Shown one piece after another: positions 28,064 through 42,700 of a DNA stretch of 64,000 bases. The notes beneath the pieces were generated by a model. That model was not told where the DNA came from. It saw only the letters and a list, made by a program, of their open reading frames with translations, and made no database searches. The position numbers were made by a program, and so were the translations under genes. Numbering within the stretch: the stretch's first letter is position 1; each line of letters starts with the position of its first letter. This stretch comes from Felis catus (Eukaryota). Where the stretch lies: positions 53,322,001 to 53,386,000 of the forward strand of contig NC_058368.1 of the NCBI RefSeq assembly GCF_018350175.1, given 5' to 3'.

Positions 28064-31000
28064 AGACAAAGAATCTAAAGTTGGCTCCAGGCTCTGAGCA
28101 GTCAGTACAGAACCCGATGAAAGGTTCAAACTTGTTCATGAACCGTAAGGTCATGACCTGAGTCGAAGTCGGACATTTAACCAACTAAGCCACCCAGGCA
28201 CCCCTAATTCCTTATATGCTTTAAATTTTTTTTTTTTTAACATTTATTTATTTTTGAGACAGAGAGAAACAGAGCATGAACGGGGGAGGGGCAGAGAGAG
28301 AGGGAGACACAGAATCGAAAGCAGGCTCCAGGCTCTGAGCTATCAGCCCAGAGCCCGACACGGGGCTCGAACTCACAGACCGTGAGATCGTGACCTGAGC
28401 TGAAGTCAGACGCTCAACCGACTGAGCCACCCAGGCGCCCCTCCTTATATGCTTTTAAAGAACATCCAAGGTTTAACACAAATTCTTACCTCTTCTTTTT
28501 TTATATCTTTTTCTTGGTGCTGAAAAAATTCTACCTTTAAGCTTCCTGATGATGGCTGCTCTGGAGGAGGTAGATAACTCTTTGTATTCACAGCATCAAA
28601 AAGTTTTTCCACAAATATCTGTGTCTCTACAAATAAAACCAAAAAAACCCCACAGATTAAAGAGATTTGCTAAGACATCAATTCTTCCCCTCTACACATC
28701 AGAGTTCAATATGATGAAATATACACTGACTTTTATAAATCTAGAACACTATAACACCAAGAGCTTTCCAACCAGTGTGCCATGGCACAAATCCTATAGT
28801 AATACTAATCCATTCAATTTCAGGGTAGAGGGACTAGGATGGCCAGGGCTTCTAGGCCAGTTGCTTCCAGCCATGACTTGTCTCCATGTACCCCGTGCCC
28901 TGTGTGCCAAACATAAATATCATCATTATCTAGATGGTGGCATTATCTAGATGAAAAAAGTTAGAAGCACTATCTAGACAACATTCAAAGCAGTTTCTTA
29001 AGCAGTACTATTTTTAAATAAACAAGCATTCAGTCATTTAATCTTTTAAGGAAAAGTATCAGCATGCTTTAAAAAAGAGAATACAGATGTTAAGGGAAAA
29101 AAAGCTTCCATATATGGCTAACATCAGTAATATACTGTTTATGACAATTAGAGCCTGTTCTCTGAGTTTCTTTCATATTGTGGAAAATCTTCCTTTAAAT
29201 GATTTATTGATATAAACTAGTATTTTTAAACCAAAGATTTTTTTTTACCTTTTTGAAGAAATACATCCAGTTGATCAATACATAATGCCTTTAACTCTTT
29301 TTCACTTTTATCTTTCTTTACCAAAGCGAGAACATATTTTGCTAAGGCTGATGGATCTGCATCACAGCTGAAGAAAAAAACAATGTTGAAGGAAATTTAG
29401 CCATAAGCAATTACACATTCTAAAAACTCCAGTTATAAAACTGACTCAGTCAGTACGGTAGTTAAGTGAGTTAATATATGTAAAAAGCACCTCGCCCATA
29501 AAGCAATGAAGAAATCGAAGTTCTCTCTTATAGTAATGTATTTTACATGATATATGTGGCCATTACTCAGTATCCTTCCACATATATACTAACATATGTA
29601 TTAAAAACTCAGCAGGCTTTACTATTATTTAAAAGAGAAGTTTTAACAAAGTAAAAACAGTATCAAAACATCAAAAACGTATTATTAGTGTGGCACCAAT
29701 AAAAATCCAAAAAGGCTTCCCCTCCATCCCAATAACTAAATTAGCTAAGAAAATCCAGACAGAGAGGGCACTAAAATAAAACCTGAAAACCCACTACATA
29801 GTACATTAACAACAGAAACTTTAGCTTTTATAAAGGGCATTAAAGTATCTGGAAAAAAATAAAACAGTTACTTTAGAACTCTGGAATAATGAAGACTTTT
29901 TGAGTTATGGCAAGTTATCACAAGAGTAATTTGATTGTACAAAAAAAAGGCAAAACTTCAGAATGAAGAGTCAAAAGACAAATAAAAAAAGCTCAAATTG
30001 TTTTTTGCAAAAGGTGAATTCTCCTAATATGCAGAGTTTCTATCAATTAGTAAGACCAAAACCATAAAAGAAAAAAGACAAAGAATACAAATAGATGCTG
30101 AACAGAAAAAGAAAAGTCAGTCTGAATATGAGTAAAAATACACCCTCCTCCATAAGATAAATTCAAACTTAAGCTATACTGAAATACTATTTTTTGGTTA
30201 TAAAATTGGCAAAAATCTAAAAAATATGAAAATATATTCTGGAGATAAGACTATGAGCATACAAGCAGTTTTTCTCAAACACCGTGGCTGCTGTGAGGAA
30301 AGCAGTAGCCCCTAAGGTATGGCAGCTTACAATCACAAGTACAACGGACAGCAGTTCTACTTCTCTGAAGTTGCCTCACAGACATACTTACATACTCAAA
30401 ATGACACATGTACAAGTCATTCACTGTCACACTGATTGAAAATAAAAATGCAAATGTCCATTTACAGAGGACTGGAAAAAGCAATTATAGTATAGTAAAT
30501 CTACACAAGGAATGGGATACACCAAAAAAATGCAAAAAAGAATGAAGAAGTTTTCCTACTACAGAAATGTTCCCTATGAATTTGTTAAATTTAAGAGGCA
30601 AGTTTAAAAAGGTAGAGAAAACCAGGTATGTTACCATTTGTGTGGGAAAAAGAGAAGAAATTATATATTTGGATTGGCTTATGTTTGAATAACAAATATG
30701 TGAAAGTATAAACAAATAATTATGGCTATTGGTTGTTTTTTTCTTTTTCTTTTTTTTCTTTTTTTTGAGTGGGGGGAGCAGGTAGCGGGGACAAGTGAAG
30801 GAGGAACAGAGTGAGGGGAGAAAGTTTTTGATGCCTGGGCCATGCCCACCCTAACAAAAAGTCAGATAACTCTTTTTCAACTAAGCTAAGATTGTTACCT
30901 ATTTAATTAATGACCATTTTACAAGTCAGGGTGAATAACAATAAAATACTAGCAATAGCCGAGCATTAATATCTACTAATCTAGTTTGTGCTATGAACTG

Positions 31001-33716
31001 TGCATATTGTATTTAGCTCTATTCTGTAACAGTTCTACAAAAGTATAGCGATAACCTATGTCACTGAATCAAAAAGTACATCTTAAAAAAAGACAGTGAA
31101 CAGCTTTGGTTGTACAACAGAAACACCTATGGAAAAACCTGAATGCAAGTCAATCAACAGGCCTAATACAACCATCTATGTTTTGCTTCAATGTTTCATA
31201 AAGGCTGCAGGTTAAGTCTAATACAGTGTCAGAATTGACAACTACTCTATTAAGAAAATAGTATATAGCACTTATCATATAGGTAAGACTTCCTAGTCTA
31301 CATTGCTGTGATAAGTATGTCTTCAAATTCTTCACTCTTCTCTTCAGAAGGTATAGCCTGATTCCCCACCCTTTGAGAGAGGGCTCAATTTAGGTGCTTA
31401 ACTAAACAGAACAGCAGAAGAATGCTCTCTTTCTGGATTCACTTCTAGAGAAATCAGCTGCCATGTTCCAAGGACACTCAAGTAGCCTTATGGAAAGCAC
31501 CACGTGGCAATGAAATGAGAGCTCTAGCCAACAGCCAGACGACTGAGTCTCTTGCCAATAACCACATGTGAGTGAGCTTGGAAGCCGATTCTACAGTCTC
31601 AGTAGAACCTTGAGAAGACTACAGAACTGATCGACAGCTTAACTGCAATCTCATGATTCCGAGGCAGAAATACTCAGCTAACCTGCTTCTAAATTCCTGA
31701 CACAGGAATGATAAAGGTCATGAGGTGATAAATGTCTGCTGTGCTACTAAATTAAGTTTCAGGGTGATTTGTTAGTAATCGTAAGTCAACTTTCCTCATA
31801 GATCTATTTCCATTTATTTACAAAGACTTGAAATGGGCTATTACCTAAACAAGAATAAAAAAGAAATCTGTTCCAACAGTACATGAAAAAAATTTTTTAA
31901 GACTTTTCCTTTGAAATTTATTTCAATATACGTACTTAAACCCACACTTTAAAGAAAAGAGACAAAATGATTTATGGCAATTTTTTTCATGTTTTATCAT
32001 AATGGGCATAGAAATATTTACATCTGTGATAAAAATAAGCATGAAGAAATGGGACAAATATAATCTCATGATGTACCTATAGCTTTACTTAGATCCAGCA
32101 ATCTGGTAATACTGCATGAGAGACCCTGAAACAATACCTATTCATGTTAGGTAACCTGAATAAACACAGTCGACTAAACACTTACTTAACCAGACATCAA
32201 GCTAAACAAACTTCAATTTGTTGGAAATCACTGTGATACATAATACTATCACTGTGTTATACTGTTTTATTGCACTGCTGTTAAACCAATTCAGACTCTC
32301 TACACTGAGTCCAAATGCTACAATTTAATTCAACACTGGTCTGACTGTTGTGGTGAATTTTCAACTTAGTAATGGCTTTTCTAATGACTTAACTGTGACT
32401 TTATATTTCTCTTAACACCAAATCTCATTGTTGCTGCATTATTTTTCTAAACAGGACACTGTAAGTCAATTAAAATTTTACCAGCTAAAAATCTAGAAAA
32501 AAAACCCTTGCGATTTCTGTAATATTATGGTTTACAGACTATAATTTTATAAAACAGCAGGACGGAATCATTTCTGAACAATGATTACTCAACATCTTCT
32601 ACAGGAAGCAACTGAATCAAATCAAAAACCAATAAAAATAACAACCACCACAGCAAATCAACTACCATACACAAATATTCTAAATGCTTGAAATTGTCTG
32701 AAAGGGCAAATTACTTTTTAAAATCTGTCAGACTATAAATTATATGGTAGAAGCAAGGTTTATAATTTCACACTTAAAAGAAAAATGGGTAAATTTATAC
32801 TTGAGAGCCAATTTTTCTTAAATCTTATAAGATTTCATATTTATTTAAAAAATAAAAACGGTATGTACTTGAAAATTACAGCTCAGTAAAAAAATCTGAA
32901 CTACAGAAGTAATATGCCACAATGTCATAAATCAAGAAGAAAAGGCAAAATAGGGGCGCCTGGGTGGCGCAGTCAGTTAAGCGGCCGACTTCGGCTCAGG
33001 TCATGATCTCGCGGTCCGTGAGTTCGAGCCCCGCATCAGGCTCTGGGCTGATGGCTCGGAGCCCGGAGCCTGTTTCCGATTCTGCGTCTCCCTCTCTCTC
33101 TGCCCCTCCCCCATTCATGCTCTGTCTCTCTCTGTCCCAAAAATAAATAAAAAACGTTGAAAAAATTTTAAAAAAAAAGGCAAAATATGTGTTCTCTTTT
33201 CTATCTTAATTAAATGTGCCAATGCTACATTACCTGAAAACCTTGCAATAACCTGCTATGCAAAATTAATGCAGTAAAAACGTTTAAATCACCTAACCAA
33301 AGAAAATCATATTAAAATAGTAAGGGGCTATTTAAAAAAGTCTCCATGGCAAGCAAGATTGTTCATGTGGTACTTTACTGCACCAGTTGCCACTGTTGAT
33401 GAGGGGTTTGTAGACTGAATGAATATATCTTGTCAGAGCTAGACTTTACCCTATGCTATGTTACTAGCATTCTAGAAACAGTGAAAGAAAAATGAGACTG
33501 AAATCTCCTTTCACACCAGAGACAGCGAAAGAAAGAACAGATTTTGAAAATAGTTTCAGTACAAAGAACACTTAGTGACCAACTTCATCCCTATCTTAGA
33601 AAACAGGCCAAATTCCCTGAATCTAAGTTCCATTAAGTACTTCTCAACCAAGCAAGTACATAATCTGCCAATAAAACATCAAATTAACCGCAGAGTGCCC
33701 CAACTCCAATTACCCT

Positions 33717-33766
<50 letters not shown>

Positions 33767-36700
33767 GGGGGTTGAAGAGGGCTGAGTGGGCAAAACACAA
33801 AGAAACCATAAACTACAAAATAAAGCAGGCATAAGACATGATTTGCCAACAGCACTTGTGAAAGATGGAGTGGAAGAGGAATAACTAGGTATTTTAGTTA
33901 AGTCATATGAGATAAAGTGTGAAGTGGTTGGGGAAAAACTTAAATCATAAAGATGCAATAAAATAAAAAACTAAGTACTAAAGAGGACAGTGCAGCTCTC
34001 CTATACAGTAAAGAGAGCCAAAGCTTTCATTTCTAGGTACCACCTTTTATAACCACATAAGCAAACTCAAACGGATTCCTGGGAAATGACCAGAATAGTA
34101 AATGAGTATCATTATCAGATAGCTTACTAGGGATTTTCAGCCTGGAAAATTGAAATGTCAGAGAAACTTGGTGGGTTTTCAAATAATTGAAGGGCTATCA
34201 CAAAAAAGATTACACGTATTCAATACATCCTCCATGGGATATAATTAGAACCAGTAAGTGGAAGCAACAGATTTTGGCTTAAAATAGAGATGAACTTTTT
34301 TTAATAACCAGAAGCCTCCCAAAGGCAGAATAAACTGCTTAGAAGAAAGGGAGTTTTCCATCATCAGATGGAGCATCAGTTGAGCATAAGCTGAACAGCC
34401 CCTGGCAGATAAGCACTGGAATGGATAGTAAATCGCTCACAAAACTGTAAGAGTTTAATCCCTTAGGTTTAATTTTGTTCATGCAGATATATGAAATATA
34501 AGATAATACAGTATTGTTTATAATTATGGACTTGTAAATATTAGTAATAAGAAAAATTAATTTACCTGGCATTATAAACAAAATATACACTATTATATAA
34601 GAGAATTTTACCAAAAACATACGAAAATCCAAAAATAAAACTTCTTACTCACATAAGTAGCCTCTGGGCCTAACACAGCATCTAAGACAAAATACTGAGA
34701 CAGAGAAAGAAAATATATTCAAATCTATCTCACTAGATCAACCGCTCACTTTTCTCAGGGATCCTTTCTTTTTCATCTTCATAAAGTACTGAAAATAACA
34801 TGATTTACTGATTATCTTCCAAATATCACATACATCTTTTGAAAATATTTAAGCATGTACTACGTAAGGTGCTATTCTAGATCTTGAGGATACAACTTTG
34901 AGAAAACTTAAGTTCCTGTTCTCACAGAATTTACATTAGGGGTATAGTGAGGAGACACAATACACACATAGATATACACAACATACTGTCATGTAGACAA
35001 GTGCTCTGAGGTAAAGTATGGGGATAAAACAGAGCAAAAGGAATGAAGCAAAGGAAGGAGGAAGAAACAGGAAAGAGGAGACGAATGAATGAATACATAT
35101 TAGATAAGATCATCAGGGAAGGACCCTGATGAAGTAACATTAAACTGAATCTAAACGGGGATCAAAATGGAGTACAAACCAGCTTTGGGCTATCTGGAAA
35201 AAGGACAGCCTAGACCAAGGGAACTCAAGAGAAAAGGCCTGGAGTGGATGCTTATTTGACACTTGAGGCACAGAAGTCTAGTGGAATGGAGCAAAGACAG
35301 CATTCATGAACAGCTGGATTTCTAACCTCTCACTTCTGTAAAGATTTAAAATTAACTCTTTCAGTGAGCTTTGACAAATTAAAAGTCCAAATCACTATGA
35401 AGTCATTTAAACCAAAAATTGTAAAGACATAAAAATAAAATTTTAACAATCTTTGAATTTATGTTAAGGATAGAGTAATAATAGTGGAAAGCATTAGCAC
35501 GGGTGACCATCTACTCTTCCAACAGTATCTGGGGAGGGAAGTACATACACTAAGTAAGTTGGAGAAGCCAAAGCAATTCAGAAAGTCAAATGCTAAAATA
35601 AAATCTCCCAGGGGCACCTGGGTGGCTCAGTTAGTTGAGCATCCCAACTCTTGGTTTTGGCTCAGGTCACGATCTCACGGTTTGTGGGATGGAGCCCCAC
35701 GTCAGGCTCTGTGCTGGGCATGGAGCCTGCTTGAGATTCTCTCTCCCTCTTTCTGCCCCTCTCCTGTGGGCACAGGCTCACTCTCTCTCAAAATAAACAT
35801 TAAAAAAAGGAATAAAATACCCCAGAGGAAGAGACTTTTATTAAGTAATACTTTAAACAGCATGAATCAAATTGCCCCTAGTTACAATGATTGTAAATTA
35901 ATCCTCCTAACACACTTTTCATATTAGTTTTTACCTTTTAATTTAGGAGTTTCAAAATAGTAATGGCACATTAAAATTAAAAAAGGTACCCTTCTAGTAC
36001 ATTTTTTCAAAAAGAAGTTTGTTTTGTTTTACTCAAGTTTCTCAAGCAAGGCTTTAGAAACTCAGTGGAAGATAAATGAAGGAACTGAACCCAAGCTTCC
36101 ATTTTCGGTAATCTTGAGAAGGTGTAGCTGGAGGTGGCAGTGGAAATTAAAAATTAAATTTAAATATGTTAACTCAGTAACTTTAGAACACGGATATACA
36201 CCCACATCTGTTCCTACCAAATTTTCACTTTATATTCAAGAAAAATATCTAATTTGCATCAAAGTCATAGTTCTATTATTCTATGCTTAGGATTATCATT
36301 TAGAAATCCAAATCCATTGCAACAAACATAATGCATATATTGAAAAACTCAATTGCCATAGTTTATTATACAGCTTCATTCAATTCAAGTAAGGAGGCAA
36401 AAATAGATTATTTGTATGCAGTAATGAGCTACCGCAAAAACCTTCAGAGAAAAAAATCTTTAAAGAAAGGTTATTCTTCAGAATTATCACACCACTTCAT
36501 TCTACAATATAAAATATAAGCATATCTAAACATGATTGATCCATGAGCATCATACAAATCACTTATCACTGCAAACACTTATCACAATATATATAATTAC
36601 AACACTGAAAACTGTTCAGTCAGTTCTTTCATTCCCTATATTACCCCCAAGAAATAGCAGCAATACCTTAACAATGGTAGTTTTCAAACATTTTGGTCTC

Positions 36701-39700
36701 AGGATTCCTTTACATGTTAAAAACTATAGAGACCTCCAAAGAGCTTTTATTTAAAAGGGGTACATCTATCTGGGGCTGCTGGGTGGTTCAGCTGGTTGAG
36801 CGTCTAACTCTTGATTTTGGATCTTATGTTTTGTGGGTTCAAGCCACACAAGCCTGCTTGGGCTCTCTCTCCCTCTCTCTGCCCCTCCTTCCCTGCTCGT
36901 GTGTACATGCACTTCGCACTTCCTTTCTCTCTCAAAATAAATAAATAAACTTAAAAAATAAAAGGGTTACATCTATCAGTACTTACCAAATTAGAAATTA
37001 AAACTGAAAATAATTTAAATTATTTAGTATAAAATAACAAATCATAAAATAGGTATAACAATTATTTATATAAATATAAGTCAAAAAATAACAAATCTAC
37101 AATTTAACATAAATAGCCCTTTGGGCGGGGTAATCAAAAGGAGGAATTTAATAAATGGGAAGTGTAAAGCTAAAGCTAACTTTAGGCATAGCTGGATCCA
37201 GGAGTTGAAATGATGTCACCAGGACCCTCTTTTCCATTCTGTTTTGCCCAGAATTCACTTCATTTTAAGGCAGGCCCTCTCCAGGTGGCAACAGAGATGA
37301 CCCTGAGCAGTTCCAGGCTTATGCATTCTGATAGCTAGTGAATCCAGAGAAAGGCAGCTGCCCCCGGTCCTTGAAAATAACTAATCTTCTCCAGTTTGGG
37401 TCCTATCCCTACACAAGGCAGGGATGGGCAGAGTTCCATGACTAATAGCCTCCTCTGAAACTAAATACCCTGTTTTTTGTTTTTTTTGGCTTTTTTGTAC
37501 AAAAAGATAATTATATTTCCACAACAAAATAAAAATGTAGTGAGAGGACTGATGATGTTTCACAATTTTTGGAAACACCATTAAACGTATGGCTTAAAAG
37601 AAAACAGACCAATTCTAATATCTACTTTTATATTCAATCTGTTGGGATATGCTATTCTGGTTGAAATACATAGAGAAATCTGACCTCAAACAGATGAATA
37701 GTTGGAAAAGTGAGGACTTCACAGACCTTAATCTCAGGAAAGCCCAGGAGTCCTCCCACCACACTTGAGAACCACTGTTTTAAAATTCATTTAGAGGGGC
37801 ACCTGGGTGGCTCAGTCAGCTGAGCATCTGACTCTTGGTTTCAGCTCAGGTCATGGTCTCAGTCTTGAGATTGGGCCCACCTTGAGTAGGGCTCTGTGCT
37901 GGGCACGGAGCCTGCCTGGGATTCTCTCCTTCCCCCTTTCTCTGCTCCTCCCCCTGCTCACGCTATTGCGCATGCACTCTCTCCTCTCTCTCAAAATAAA
38001 TAAACTTTAAAATTCATTTAGAAAGTATCTGCTAAGTATCTAATTCAAAGACAAAGTCAGTCGTCAGCTTCTCAAAGATAAGACCCACTAACTCAGATTG
38101 TAAAACTGTATTGTTCATGGAACCATTACTCAGCGATCAAAAAGAATGAAATCTTACCATTTGCAACAATGTGGATGGAACTAGAGTGGATTATGCTATG
38201 CGAAATAAGCGAAAGATAAATATCACAGAATTTCACTCATATGTGGAATTTAAGAAACAAAACAGATGAACATAGGTGAAGGGTAGCAAAAAGAAGTTAA
38301 AAACAGAGAGGGAGACAAACCATAAGAGACTCTTAAAATGCAGAGAACTGAGGGTTGCTGGTGGGGTATTGGGTGGGGGGATGGGCTAAACTGGCAATGG
38401 ACATTATGGAGGGCACTTGTTGGGATGAGCACTAGGTATTATACATAAACACATGTAAGCAATGAATCCACTAAATTCTATTCCTGCAATCATTATTACA
38501 CTATATGTTAAGTAACTTGGATTTAAAAAAGAAAAAATAAACAAACCTCTATATTGTTCAGTGCAAAGAGTAATAAATAACCCAAATGGCAAACTGAGCA
38601 CAGACACGTGTGGTTATAGCATGTTGTCACAGAACTCTTTCTTAAAAGAAAAGTGGGGACCGGAAGTGAGGTGCTGATACGGCAGCCCACAATAAAACCC
38701 CACATTTCAGTACATGTTTTACATTCCAATTCATAGAAAAGTTGAGTTTTCTGGGAAAGGACTCTGGCCTCCAAAGGCATCCCCTTCAGTTACTCATTTA
38801 CATTCTACTTATAAACCAAATCTGAGGTACTTCATTCCTTCAGTTACTAAGGAAGGAAGAAGCTAGGAAGTGTTTTCTCTCATGACCAAGAAGCAGCAGA
38901 ATTATCCAATAGAAATAGCAGTCATAGAATCCCCCTTTCTGAACACTCATGAGCAAATTTTAACACCTTGGGAGAGATAAATAACAACAAAATTCAACCA
39001 AGTAGAAACATTTTATAAACTGCCAGACCTTAAGATCTACACATATTTCTATCACTATTAAATTGTTACTCTTGGTATGCTTGTCTGTTTCCCCTACAGA
39101 GATTCTAGGTAACTATGTCTACCTTTACCCCAGACCCAACCACAATGTGTTGAGAAATATCTACTGATTATCACATTATGTAAGGGTATACTAAATCGAG
39201 AGCATTATCAACAAAAACTCACAAAAAACAACTCTCAGTTTAGGTCGAGACCAATTATGACACATATAAAGGTGTACTAACAAGTTTAAAGATCTGTCAC
39301 AGATACAAAAAAAGTCAATAAAACATCTCCTAGCACACTGACAAGTCCTTCCTCATTGCCTTTTCCTCCTATACCCTCACCGCTGATAAGGTCTTCATAT
39401 ACATTTAGTACAGAAACTCCCAAGAATATCACCATCTCTCTTTGTACCTCCTGCCAAAGTCCAAGTTCAGGCATTCACAACTCACTCTTAAAGCTACAAG
39501 AAAAAAAATGCTAACTAATATTATGTCTCCAAAATGCTACAATCTAATCAAATCTCTACACACCACAGTATCATTCTTTAAAAAAAAAGATCTAATTAAG
39601 TTACTCTCCAGCTTGATCTTCCCCAGTATTCCATAACCTAGTCCCCCAAATGTCCAAACATTTCGGCATGGCAATAAAACCTATTCTTTACTCTGAAACC

Positions 39701-42700
39701 AACAAACACTAGCTAGATTCAAAAGACTCTTCCTAACCAAAATGAATAGTTATAATTCCTCGCAGAATGGTTTTTCCAATTTTGGCTATTTAATGTAACC
39801 AGAAGATCAAAACTTTAACACAATCCAATTTGAGAAGGTGCATGAAAAACTTCACAGACTGGTCACTGAAAGTTTACGAACAGTTTTCAAAATGGAATCT
39901 GTGTCTTGCACTGTCTCCTATTATAAAGAATTAAACTTTATGAAAAGTAAAATAAGGGGGTGCCTGGGTGGCTCAGTCAGTTGAGCTTCAGACTTTGGCT
40001 CAGGTCATGATCTCGCGGTCCGTGAGTCCGAGCCCTGCGTCTGGCTCTGTGCTGACAGCTCGGAGCCTGGAGCCTGCTTCGGATTCTGTGTCTCCCTCTC
40101 TCTGACCCTCCCCCATTCATGCTCTGTCTCTGTCTCAAAAATAAATAAACATTAAAAAAAAAAAAGAAAAAGTAAAATAAGAAATGGAGATATCATGGGG
40201 CACCTGGGTGGCTCAGTCGGTTAAACGTCCGACTTCGGCTCAGGTCATGATCTCACAGTCCATGAGTTCGAGCCCCGCGTCAGGCTCTGTACTGACAGCT
40301 CAGAGCCTGGAGCCTGCTTCAGATTCTGTGTCTCCCTCTCTCTCTGCCCTTCCCCTGCTCATGCTCTGTCTCTCTCTGTCTCAAAAATAAAAACGTTAAA
40401 AAAAATTTTTTTAAAGAATTGGAGATATCATTTAAAAAATAGTACAAACATAACACATTGACAATTTCTTATAAAATGCCCCAAAGAAGTCCTAAATTAC
40501 GTATCTTAAAGTACTTATTACATTTTAAACTGTATTACAATCATCAGCATCACAGTGGCCTGAGTCATTCCCTTTTTCTCTCCTCTTTGCTTTACACCTA
40601 ATTGGACATCCATAACCAAAGGAGAAAAAAAAGTACCTCCACACGGGATACCAGGACACCTGAGAGATCTATCCATCTGTGCACCTTAAAGTGAGTGGAC
40701 TGAACCAGAGAGGCTGCAACAAGAGCAAAGAAGGTGGTGGCTGGTCCAGCAGCAAGCCAGCAAGCCTTTCTGGCACAGGAGGTGGAAGGTAAAGGCGGGA
40801 GACTAGGAGTCTGTCTACCTGACCATGCATGCAGTGGCGGCCAAACCCAGCTGCTCTCTCTGAAGAGAGACCACGGTGCCTGCGAACAGCAGAAGGAAAG
40901 GGAAGTAGGCAAAGAAAACTGAAGGAAAGTGTCTCGTGCTATCTGCCAGGGGGAGGAGGGGGAAAGGGGGAGTAAGAGAATAACTCATGGACCTCTGGTA
41001 ACCACCCCACCTTGAAGATTCCCCAGCAGGCCCCTGGCATACCCAAAGCCCCAAGTGCTAAATATACACCCCTCCTCAAGCTCTGCAGCCACCTTTGCTC
41101 CTTTTTCTTTTTCCTTTTAATGCATCTGCTTACAACCTTAATATGAGTTAGTTCTGGTAAGAGAAACCAAAGACTTGTGCTATAGTGCCACCTTCTGGAA
41201 AACAAAATGAAGGCTCCTAATTACAAATCTGTTGAATTCTAAGAATCAAAGTAAACAAAACCTTGCCTAAATAAGAAAGGTGTTCACTACTTCAAATGGA
41301 GCAGAGGCACTTTCCATCTGTAATATGAAATCACAAAAAGAAAATGACAGTTTTCCAGCAACTGAACCCAAAGGACATAAAATACTGTAATCTAACTGAT
41401 AAAGACTATAAAACAACTATAAAACAGCTATTACGAAGAAATTCAATGAGCCACTCAAAAACTCAGAAAGGCAATAAATGATCCCAGGAACAAAATTAAC
41501 AAACAAGAGTATTCTGCCAGACAGGTTAAAATTCTTTTTTTTTTTTTTTTAAATTTTTCAACACTTATTTATTTTTGGGACAGAGAGAGACAGAGCATGA
41601 ACGGGGGAGGGGCAGAGAGAGAGGGAGACACAGAATCGGAAACAGGCTCCAGGCTCTGAGCCATCAGCCCAGAGCCTGACGCGGGGCTCGAACTCACGGG
41701 CCGCGAGATCGTGACCTGGCTGAAGTCGGACACTTAACCGACTGCGCCACCCAGGCGCCCTGAAATTCTAAAAAAAAAAGAAAAAAGAAATTCTGGGGTG
41801 AAGAAATGAATATATGAAGAATGAATTAGAATACCCTGGAAACAGAACAGATCATATGGAAGAGTAAGAATTAGCACACTCGAGGATAGTAATATAGAAA
41901 TGATCCAGGTGGAAGGGGAGAAAAAACTAAGATTTTTTTTAAATGTTTATTTTAGAGAGAAAGAGGCGGGGTAGGAGCAGAGGGAAAGGGAGACAGAGGA
42001 TCTGAGGCCGGCTCTGCACTGTCAGCAGAGAGCCCAATGCAGGGCTTGACTCCTGAACCATGAGATCATGGACCTGTGCCAAAGTCTGACACTCAACCAA
42101 GCCACCCAGGAGCCCCAGATTTAAGATTTTTAAAAAGTAAAAAAAAAAACCCCGGGTGCCTGGCTGGCTCAGTCAGTAGACTCTTGATCTCAGGGTCTTG
42201 AGTTCAAGCCCCATAATAAGGGTATCTCAAAAAAAAAAAAAAAAAAAAAAAAAAGAGGGAGAAGGGAGCACAGAGTGTACTTAAATGATAGTTGAGAACT
42301 TTCTAAACCCAGGGAAAGAACTGGATACAACTCCACAATGCTGACAAAACACATTATTATACCAACACACACAAAAAAAACTTCTTTAAGACACATTGTA
42401 TGAAAACTGTCAAAAGTCAACAATAAAGAATTATAAAGGCAGCCCAAGGAAAAAAGCCAGTAACCTACAAAGGTACCCCACCCCATAAGGCTATCAGCAG
42501 GTTTCCTAGCAGAAACTCTATAGGCCAGGAGAGAATGGAATGACACATTCAGAACACTGAATGATAAAAACAATCAAGAATACTCCATTGGCAAAGTTAT
42601 CTTTGAGCTATGAAAAATGAAGAGAAGTTTTCCTAGACAAACAAAAGTTGAGGGAGTTCGCCATCACTAGACATACTTGTAAGAAATGTTAAAAGGAGTG

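Noticed and set aside
42154..42254. Possible tRNA gene
   Set aside because: It is a degenerate tRNA-derived SINE head with a poly(A) tail and cannot form a complete cloverleaf
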